Below, piece after piece: positions 57,059 to 64,000 of a stretch of DNA of 64,000 bases. Both the position numbers and the translations under genes were made by a program. Below the pieces are notes generated by a model. The model made no database searches. It worked only from the letters and a program-made list of their open reading frames with translations, and was not told the DNA's origin. Numbering within the stretch: the stretch's first letter is position 1; the number at the start of each line of letters is the position of its first letter. This DNA comes from Thermodesulfobacteriota bacterium (GTDB taxonomy: Bacteria > Desulfobacterota > Binatia > Bin18). Location of the stretch: the NCBI GenBank assembly GCA_964291405.2, contig OZ219926.1, positions 64,001 to 128,000 of the forward strand. Direction: 5' to 3'.

Positions 57059-58267
57059 ATGAAGATCACCGTCAAAAAATCCCCGGTTGTCATTCCCGGA
57101 TTCCGATTTTCCGGGGTGGCCTGCGGGCTCAAAGCAAGCGGCAAAAAGGATCTGTCGCTGCTGGTATCGGACGTACCGGCGACGGCTGTTGCCGCATTCA
57201 CGACGAACCAAGTTAAAGCAGCGCCTGTCGCCATAGGTGAGGAGCGTCTCCGGACTGGACATCTGCAAGCTATTGTCGTCAACAGCGGGAATGCCAACGC
57301 TTCGACTGCTCAACCCGGACTCAAGCTGGCCCAGGACACCTGCGCTCTGGTCGGCCGTGAACTTGCTATTGATGCACAACTGGTGCTGCCGTCATCTACA
57401 GGGGTGATCGGTGTGCTGCCCGACTGGCAGAAAATGCGGATCGGTATTCCCGCTGCCGTTGCGGCCCTGTCGCCGCGCGGCTTCTGGAATGCCGTGGCCG
57501 GCATCATGACGACCGATGCCTTTCCCAAGGTCGTGACTCGACAGGTGAAACTGAACGGCCGGACTCTGACCATCGCTGGTATGGCTAAGGGAGCCGGTAT
57601 GATTAACCCGAACATGGCGACCATGCTGTGCTATGTGTGCACCGATGCAACTGTGAGCCGGGCTGCGCTCCAGCAGGTGCTCGACCAGACTTTGCCCGAT
57701 TCTTTCAACGCGATCTCCGTGGATGGTGATACCAGTACAAATGACACCCTGCTTCTGCTCGCCAACGGGCAGGCCGGTAACCGGGAGATTACGCCGCGCA
57801 GCCGCGGGTATGCGGCCTTTCGAGACGCAGTCCGGGAAGTCCTGTGCAGTCTGGCCAGAATGTGTGTCAAAGACGGGGAGGGGGCGACCAAGGTTGTCGA
57901 TATTTATGTCAACGGCGCAAAGAATACTGCGGACGCGGAAAAAGTCGCCCGCAGTATCGCCTATTCGCCCTTGGTCAAAACGGCCTTTTTCGGAGGCGAC
58001 CCGAACTGGGGACGCATTGCCTGCGCGGTAGGCTATGCGGGCGCGCAATTGGATCAGGACCGGCTGGCCATCAGTGTTGGCGATGTTCCCATCGGCCGCA
58101 ACGGTATGAGTACTGGGTCGCGCAATGAGCAACGGGCCGCCCGGATTATGCAACAGGACGAGTTCTCCATAGATGTCCATTTACATCTGGGTCGGGGCCG
58201 CGCCCACGTCGTTACCTCCGACCTGTCCACCGGCTATGTCCACTTTAACTCGGCGTATACGACCTAG
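57059..58267 (+). CDS. argJ: Bifunctional ornithine acetyltransferase/N-acetylglutamate synthase
   Basis: NSGNANA, MTTD, AKGAGMINPNMATML, DGDTSTND, DGEGATK, DPNWGRI. Confidence 0.97.
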   Translation: MKITVKKSPVVIPGFRFSGVACGLKASGKKDLSLLVSDVPATAVAAFTTNQVKAAPVAIGEERLRTGHLQAIVVNSGNANASTAQPGLKLAQDTCALVGRELAIDAQLVLPSSTGVIGVLPDWQKMRIGIPAAVAALSPRGFWNAVAGIMTTDAFPKVVTRQVKLNGRTLTIAGMAKGAGMINPNMATMLCYVCTDATVSRAALQQVLDQTLPDSFNAISVDGDTSTNDTLLLLANGQAGNREITPRSRGYAAFRDAVREVLCSLARMCVKDGEGATKVVDIYVNGAKNTADAEKVARSIAYSPLVKTAFFGGDPNWGRIACAVGYAGAQLDQDRLAISVGDVPIGRNGMSTGSRNEQRAARIMQQDEFSIDVHLHLGRGRAHVVTSDLSTGYVHFNSAYTT

Positions 58268-59449
58268 TTAGCGGCCCTTGGGCAGTTGGAGGACACGTTC
58301 GGCGATGATGTTGCGCAGGATTTCGGACGTGCCACCCTCAATGGTATTGGCCCGGGCGCGGAGAAAGCCGTACTGCCAATAATGTTCCGCGTCGGCTTCA
58401 CCATAGAGCTGACCGGCTGTCCCCTGCATCTTGACGGCAAAGTCTTGCATGCGCTGGTTAGTTTCGGCCCAATGCAGCTTGGCAATCGAGCCTTCTGGTC
58501 CTGCCGGGTTGCCGCGCAGAAGCCGTGTCAAGGCGCGATAATTATTCAACTTCAAGACTTCGCAATCGATATATGCCTGGGCCATTTTCTGGCGGAGTCG
58601 AGGGTCCGTCCGACCTGAGGCCGAGCTGGAATCGCACAGCCAGGCACGCAGGTCGTCGTACGTCCGTTTTTGGGCGAAGGTAAAATAGAAACCCAGCCCC
58701 TGCCGCTCAAACATGAGCGAAGTAATAATGACCTTCCAGCCCTGGTTCACTTCTCCCAGAAGATTGGCCTTCGGGACCTGGACGCTCTCGAAGAAGACCT
58801 CGTTAAACTCGCTCTCGCCCGTCATAGTACGCAGCGGCTTAATCGTAATGCCCGGACTCTTCATATCAACCAGGAGGGCTGACAGGCCATTATGTTTTGG
58901 CGCGTCCGGGTCGGTCCGTACCAGAAGTAAGCACCAGTTGGCATAGCGGGCTAAACTCGTCCACACTTTCTGGCCATTCACTAAAAAATAATCGCCCTGG
59001 TCAACCGCGCGGGTCTGGAGCGAGCCCAGGTCCGAGCCCGAGTTTGGCTCGGAATAGCCCTGGCTCCAGATATCCTCGCCGCTCAAGATGGCGGCTAAAT
59101 GTTTTTTTTTCTGCTCTTCAGTCCCATAGACAATAATCGTCGGTCCGACGATCTCCAAACCCAAGACATTCAGCAATCCAGGTGCTTTATGGTTGGCCAT
59201 TTCTTCATCAAAGATCATCCGTTCGATCAGAGAAGCACCACGGCCGCCGTACTCTTTAGGCCAGGAAATCCCGGCCCAGCCACCTTCGTACACTGTGCGT
59301 TGCCAGTCTTTCAGAAAGGCGAGGTCCGAGGCTGAAGCCTGCGGCTGGAGATGACGTAACGGGCCAGTGTTTTGTGGAACGTTGACCGCAAGCCAAGTGC
59401 GGAGTTCCTGCCGAAAGGCCTCCTGCGCCGGGGTAAAATGAAAATTCAT
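58268..59449 (-). CDS. Acyl-CoA dehydrogenase family protein
   Basis: WPKEYGG, QGYSEPNSGSDL, NGQKVWTS, TIEGGTSEI. Confidence 0.95.
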   Translation of the reverse strand: MNFHFTPAQEAFRQELRTWLAVNVPQNTGPLRHLQPQASASDLAFLKDWQRTVYEGGWAGISWPKEYGGRGASLIERMIFDEEMANHKAPGLLNVLGLEIVGPTIIVYGTEEQKKKHLAAILSGEDIWSQGYSEPNSGSDLGSLQTRAVDQGDYFLVNGQKVWTSLARYANWCLLLVRTDPDAPKHNGLSALLVDMKSPGITIKPLRTMTGESEFNEVFFESVQVPKANLLGEVNQGWKVIITSLMFERQGLGFYFTFAQKRTYDDLRAWLCDSSSASGRTDPRLRQKMAQAYIDCEVLKLNNYRALTRLLRGNPAGPEGSIAKLHWAETNQRMQDFAVKMQGTAGQLYGEADAEHYWQYGFLRARANTIEGGTSEILRNIIAERVLQLPKGR

Positions 59450-59480
59450 GCTGGGCTCCTGTGCTGGAACAGTCGAATCG

Positions 59481-60926
59481 CTATTGAGAGAGCTGTTGCC
59501 GTAAGAGGGTATTGACTATCTGGGGATTGGCCTTGCCCTGGGTGGCGCGCATGACCTGCCCGACAAAGAAGCCGAGTAGTTTTTCTTTGCCGCCACGATA
59601 GGCTTCTACTTTGTCCGGGTTGGCCGTCAAGACCTTGGCAATAGCAGCCTGCAAAGTGTCGGTGTCGCTGACTTGGCGCAGTCCTTTGGCTTCGATAATT
59701 GTTGCCGGGTCGTGTCCGGTTTGGCGCATTTCTTCGTAGACGGTCTTGGCAATAGTCGTGCTGATGGTGTTGTCTTGTATCAATCCGATTAACCTACCCA
59801 AGTGCTCGGGCGGACACGGCCAAGTCTCGATTTTCAGCGCCGTGTCCAGTTTTTCTTCCTTGATGAAACGCAGTACGCTGTCCATGGCCCAGTTGCTGAC
59901 GACTTTGGGTGCGGCGGGGCAGGCGCGCACGCTGGCCTCGAAATAGTCAGCCACATCCTTGCGGGCCGTCAGTACCTCGGCATCATAGGCCGGCAGGCCG
60001 TAGTCGTGTATGAAGCGCGCCCGCCGCGCAGCCGGCAACTCGGGTAGTTCGGCTCGAACGTGTTCGACCCAGGTCTGGTCCACGACCAGGGGTAACAAAT
60101 CCGGGTCGGGGAAATAGCGGTAATCGTGGGCGAACTCCTTGCTGCGCATGGGCCGGGTCACCTCTCGGTCTGCGTCCCAGAGGCGAGTTTCCTGGACGAC
60201 CCGCCCGCCGGCCTCGACGACCTCGGTCTGGCGCTGAATTTCGTGCTCGATTGCCTTTTCGACGGCCCGAAACGAATTGAGGTTCTTGATCTCTGCTCTG
60301 GTGCCGAACTCGGTCTGCCCCTGCGGACGTATGGAGACGTTGGCATCACAACGCAGGCTGCCTTCTTCCATATTACCATCACAGACCTCGATATACTGGA
60401 GCAGGGCTCGCAAGCTACGCAGATAATTGCCCGCTTCCGCGGCAGACCGGATATCCGGTTCGCTGACAATCTCCAATAAGGGAACACCGGTACGATTCAG
60501 GTCAACAAGACTCGCGCCTGCCTCGGCATCATGGATGCTCTTGCCGGCGTCTTCCTCCATATGAATTCGGGTTAAGCGCACCTTTTTTGCTTGGCCTTGG
60601 TCGGCGACCTCAACATAACCGCGTTCGGCAATGGGCAGCTCGTACATGCTGATCTGGTAGCCCTTGGGCAGGTCGGGATAAAAATAGTTTTTCCGTGCCC
60701 AGCGGCTCGAGGGCGCAATCGTGCAATGCGTAGCCAGTGCGGCGCGAAGGGCGAAATCAACGACCTTCTTATTAAGTACGGGCAAGACCCCGGGCAGACC
60801 CAGGCAGACCGGGCAGGTATGCTGGTTGGGCGCTGCACCGAAGCGGGTGGAACAACCACAAAAGATTTTTGACTCGGTCAGTAACTGGGCGTGCACTTCC
60901 AGGCCAATGACGGGTTCGTAGGACAT
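59481..60926 (-). CDS. gatB: Asp/Glu-tRNA amidotransferase subunit B
   Basis: [35 protein letters not shown]. Confidence 0.98.
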   Translation of the reverse strand: MSYEPVIGLEVHAQLLTESKIFCGCSTRFGAAPNQHTCPVCLGLPGVLPVLNKKVVDFALRAALATHCTIAPSSRWARKNYFYPDLPKGYQISMYELPIAERGYVEVADQGQAKKVRLTRIHMEEDAGKSIHDAEAGASLVDLNRTGVPLLEIVSEPDIRSAAEAGNYLRSLRALLQYIEVCDGNMEEGSLRCDANVSIRPQGQTEFGTRAEIKNLNSFRAVEKAIEHEIQRQTEVVEAGGRVVQETRLWDADREVTRPMRSKEFAHDYRYFPDPDLLPLVVDQTWVEHVRAELPELPAARRARFIHDYGLPAYDAEVLTARKDVADYFEASVRACPAAPKVVSNWAMDSVLRFIKEEKLDTALKIETWPCPPEHLGRLIGLIQDNTISTTIAKTVYEEMRQTGHDPATIIEAKGLRQVSDTDTLQAAIAKVLTANPDKVEAYRGGKEKLLGFFVGQVMRATQGKANPQIVNTLLRQQLSQ

Positions 60927-60953
60927 GCTGTTACTCTATCTATATTGCTGCTG

Positions 60954-62414
60954 TTAGAGCGGTGGCTTACGGGTCCGCCAGTCATGATCCTGTTCGTACG
61001 CGTAACCAGCCTGGAGCAGGATCTCTTCATCAAAAGGGCGCCCTATCAACTGGAGTCCAATCGGCAAGCCGTGATGATCAAAGCCGCACGGTACGGATAG
61101 GCCAGGTAGACCTGCCAGATTGACCGCTATCGTAAAAATATCCGAAAGATACATCGTGAGCGGGTCCGCCAGCCTCTCTCCCAGTCGAAACGCGGTTGTC
61201 GGAGCGACCGGCGTTGCAATGATATCGCAGGCTTCAAAGGCACTCAGGAAATCCTGCCGAATCAGAGTCCGTACCTTCTGCGCCTTCACATAATAGGCAT
61301 CGTAATACCCAGCGGATAAGACATAGGTACCGAGTGCAATCCGCCGCTTAACCTCACTGCCAAATCCCTGGGCGCGGGTCGTTTGATACAGCTCTCCCAG
61401 GTCTTCAACCTCAGCCGCCCGGTAGCCATAGCGGACACCATCGTAGCGGGCTAGATTTGAGCTCGCCTCAGCCATGGCAATAATATAATAGCTTGCCACT
61501 GCATACTCGGTATGAGGGAGAGAGATCGGGACGATCTCTGCACCCAATGCTTGTAAGTGGGCAATCGCACTTTTGACCGCAGTTTCGACTTCCGGCTGCA
61601 TACCCTCAATAAAGTATTCTTGCGGTATGCCGATACGCAGACCGCTGACGCCTCGCTCCAGATGGGTGGTGTAGCTCGGCGTAGGTCTGTTGACAGAAGT
61701 CGAGTCACGGGTGTCATAGCCGGCAATTACATCTAGCAGGAGGGCGCAGTCCCGGACATCCTTGGTACACGGGCCGACTTGGTCCAGGGAGGATGCATAG
61801 GCCACGACACCAAACCGGCTCACCCGTCCATAGGTTGGTTTCAGACCGACAATACCACAGAAGGCGGCTGGCAGGCGAATGGAACCGCCCGTATCCGTTC
61901 CCAAGGCCGCACATGCCTGGTCGGCCGCAACGGATGCCGCCGACCCGCCGGATGAGCCGCCTGGTACCCGGTCCGTATCCCATGGATTACGGCAGGGGAC
62001 GAAAGCCGAATTTTCATTGGACGAACCCATCGCAAACTCGTCACAGTTGACCTTACCGATAATCACCGTACCCGCCTCCTTGAGGCGCTGTGTCACGGTA
62101 GCGTCATACGGTGAAATAAAGTGTTCGAGAATTTTTGAGCCTGCGGTTGAACGCACTCCCTGGGCAAGGATAACGTCCTTGAGCGCAATCGGAATACCAC
62201 ACAGCGGAGGTGGGGTCGCTCCGTTTGAAAGTGTCCGGTCTGCAGCTTCTGCCTGGGCGAGCGCTTCCTCGGTACACACGGTCAGGTATGAATGCAGGTG
62301 CCCATCTGTTGCTTGAATCCGATTCAGAACCGACTGTGCCAACTCGACCGCGCTGACTTCTCGAGCGCGCAGTTTTTCCTGGGCTTGATGAATGGTCAGG
62401 GCATAGTACGACAT
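60954..62414 (-). CDS. gatA: Asp/Glu-tRNA amidotransferase subunit A
   Basis: [36 protein letters not shown]. Confidence 0.98.
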   Translation of the reverse strand: MSYYALTIHQAQEKLRAREVSAVELAQSVLNRIQATDGHLHSYLTVCTEEALAQAEAADRTLSNGATPPPLCGIPIALKDVILAQGVRSTAGSKILEHFISPYDATVTQRLKEAGTVIIGKVNCDEFAMGSSNENSAFVPCRNPWDTDRVPGGSSGGSAASVAADQACAALGTDTGGSIRLPAAFCGIVGLKPTYGRVSRFGVVAYASSLDQVGPCTKDVRDCALLLDVIAGYDTRDSTSVNRPTPSYTTHLERGVSGLRIGIPQEYFIEGMQPEVETAVKSAIAHLQALGAEIVPISLPHTEYAVASYYIIAMAEASSNLARYDGVRYGYRAAEVEDLGELYQTTRAQGFGSEVKRRIALGTYVLSAGYYDAYYVKAQKVRTLIRQDFLSAFEACDIIATPVAPTTAFRLGERLADPLTMYLSDIFTIAVNLAGLPGLSVPCGFDHHGLPIGLQLIGRPFDEEILLQAGYAYEQDHDWRTRKPPL

Positions 62415-62416
62415 GT

Positions 62417-62713
62417 TTACTCAATGATTTTTGGAACGCGAAAGAAATGGGTTTTCCGACTCGGTGCATTCGCCAGCAGGGCGTCGGTTTGGGCGGCACT
62501 TGGCGTATTGGTGACAACATCATCTCGGAGCGGAGCAGACACCGCTACTGCGTGGGCGGTCGGCTCAACGCTGTCGGTCTGCAATTCGTCCAATTTATCG
62601 GCATAGGTTAAGATCGTATCAAAGTGCTGGGTCAGCTCCGCCAATTCTTCCTCTGCAAAAGACAGGCGGGCCAGTACGGCAACCTGTCGAACTTCATCCG
62701 GTGTAATACGCAT
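62417..62713 (-). CDS. gatC: Asp/Glu-tRNA amidotransferase subunit C
   Basis: [28 protein letters not shown]. Confidence 0.95.
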   Translation of the reverse strand: MRITPDEVRQVAVLARLSFAEEELAELTQHFDTILTYADKLDELQTDSVEPTAHAVAVSAPLRDDVVTNTPSAAQTDALLANAPSRKTHFFRVPKIIE

Positions 62714-62769
62714 AGGTGCTCTTCTTTCTGTGCGTGTCAGTGTGTCACACCACCCCTTGCAATTCAACA

Positions 62770-62822
62770 AAGAGTAAACGTGTCCTCCCATAGACAGGCA
62801 GATGCTGGACACGTTTACTCTT
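62770..62822 (-). repeat. Dispersed hairpin element, copy 7
   Basis: AAGAGTAAACGTGTCC-TCCCATAGACAGGCAGATGCT-GGACACGTTTACTCTT; loop identical to copy 4. Confidence 0.92.
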
Positions 62823-62888
62823 CGCGATAGGCCAGCCGTCGGAGGACGCTCTTGATCCACGCAAGCCGTGTCAGCTACCTTATTCTCT

Positions 62889-63269
62889 ATGGTGAGAGGT
62901 GACCGGCGACGCCTGTTCGGCCAACACGGCGAGCAACGCGCCGCACAGTTTTTACAGAGCCTCGGCTATACGATAGTGGACCGAAATTATCGATGTCATC
63001 GCGGAGAAATTGATCTCGTTGCGCAGGATAAAGAAACCATTGTCTTCGTGGAGGTCCGGACGCACCGCTCTCAGGAGTTCGGAAACCCTCTCGCCTCAGT
63101 AAACAAGCGGAAGCAACGCCAAATCGCCATGACTGCTCTCCATTATCTTTCGCGTTTCCAACTCCATGACCACGCTGCACGATTTGACGTCATTGGAATT
63201 ATGGGGGAAGGAGAGACTGCGCAACTGACCCATATCAAAGAGGCTTTTGAATTCCCAACTTCACGATAA
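62889..63269 (+). CDS. yraN: YraN family (UPF0102) putative endonuclease
   Basis: G..GE, RNYR...GEIDLV, VFVEV, RFDVI. Confidence 0.92.
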   Translation: MVRGDRRRLFGQHGEQRAAQFLQSLGYTIVDRNYRCHRGEIDLVAQDKETIVFVEVRTHRSQEFGNPLASVNKRKQRQIAMTALHYLSRFQLHDHAARFDVIGIMGEGETAQLTHIKEAFEFPTSR

Positions 63270-63279
63270 AGAGCGAAGT

Positions 63280-64000
63280 ATGCTTGATATTAAACTGATC
63301 CGAGACAACCCGGAAGAAGTGAAAGAACGACTGACAACAGTCGGTGTTCCAGGTATTGACGTTGACGCTCTGCTGAATAGCGATCGAGTCCGACGTGCGC
63401 GCATAAGTGAAGTTGAGGCGCTTCGTGCCGAACGAACGAAGCGTTCAAAAGACATCCGAAAAATTGCTGATCCCACCGAGCGAGACACCGCCGTCCGGTC
63501 TATGCGAGTGCTCGGAGAGCGAGTGAGCCAACTGGAAAAACAACTTGCTCAGGAGGAAGAAGATTTCCAGCAGAGGCTCTTGGAGTTGCCAAACCTGCCC
63601 CATCCAGACGTCCCGGTTGGGCAAGACGAAAACGAAAACGTCGTGATCCGAACGGAGGGTAAACCGCCGGCTTTTGCGTTTTCTCCTCGTCCGCACTGGG
63701 AACTGGGCGAAGCCTTGGGTATTATTGACTTTGAGCGCGGGGTAAAAATTTCGGGCAGCCGCTTTTATATCCTCAAGGGGCTGGGCGCCCGACTCCAGCG
63801 TGCGCTCATTAATTGGATGCTGGACCTGCATGTCAATGAACACGGCTATACCGAAATATACCCACCGGCCATGGTGAAACAGGATTGTTTAGTTGGGACG
63901 GGTAACCTGCCAAAATTCGGAGACAATCTCTACCGGGATATTGAAGAAGACTTTTGGTTTATTCCGACGGCGGAAGTACCCGTGACCAATCTCTATAGAG
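63280..64000 (+). CDS. serS: Serine--tRNA ligase (partial, runs off window end)
   Basis: MLDIKLIRDNPE, LPNLPHPDVPVG, PHWELG, KISGSRFY, GNLPKF, IPTAEVPVTN. Confidence 0.95.
   Translation, partial: MLDIKLIRDNPEEVKERLTTVGVPGIDVDALLNSDRVRRARISEVEALRAERTKRSKDIRKIADPTERDTAVRSMRVLGERVSQLEKQLAQEEEDFQQRLLELPNLPHPDVPVGQDENENVVIRTEGKPPAFAFSPRPHWELGEALGIIDFERGVKISGSRFYILKGLGARLQRALINWMLDLHVNEHGYTEIYPPAMVKQDCLVGTGNLPKFGDNLYRDIEEDFWFIPTAEVPVTNLYR

Noticed and set aside
25277-62822. Hairpin copies as CRISPR repeats or integron attC sites
   Set aside because: Copies are kilobases apart, in both orientations, among housekeeping genes, with no spacers, cas genes, integrase or cassette organisation.

Overview
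Gene-dense bacterial chromosome window of moderately high GC. The many luciferase-like/F420-type oxidoreductases, crotonases, acyl-CoA dehydrogenases and a xanthine-oxidase-family operon suggest a Binatia/deltaproteobacterial-type heterotroph, possibly host-associated; this is inference only. The left end is a partial >1070-aa TPR-like protein with a PIN-like region, missed by the ORF track and possibly a defence gene. The middle holds catabolic/redox genes, a GC-rich modular secreted protein, a PspA/DUF350/spermidine-synthase/K+-channel module split into two convergent halves, an Amt transporter, and a small ORF plus membrane-anchored SMC/Rad50-like ATPase. The right end is housekeeping: murI, secA, argJ, gatCAB, yraN and partial serS. 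Main signals not shown by the ORF track: (1) a UGA-recoded CxxU selenoprotein with a SECIS-like hairpin, near a CxxC paralog; (2) seven dispersed copies of a ~53-bp hairpin with compensatory arm changes and a conserved asymmetric loop; (3) a ~280-aa Tyr/Glu-rich helical expansion in SecA; (4) several further REP/MITE-like families and a parS-like site. No rRNA, tRNA, CRISPR array or transposase was recognised. All calls come from reading motifs by eye; no searches were run.
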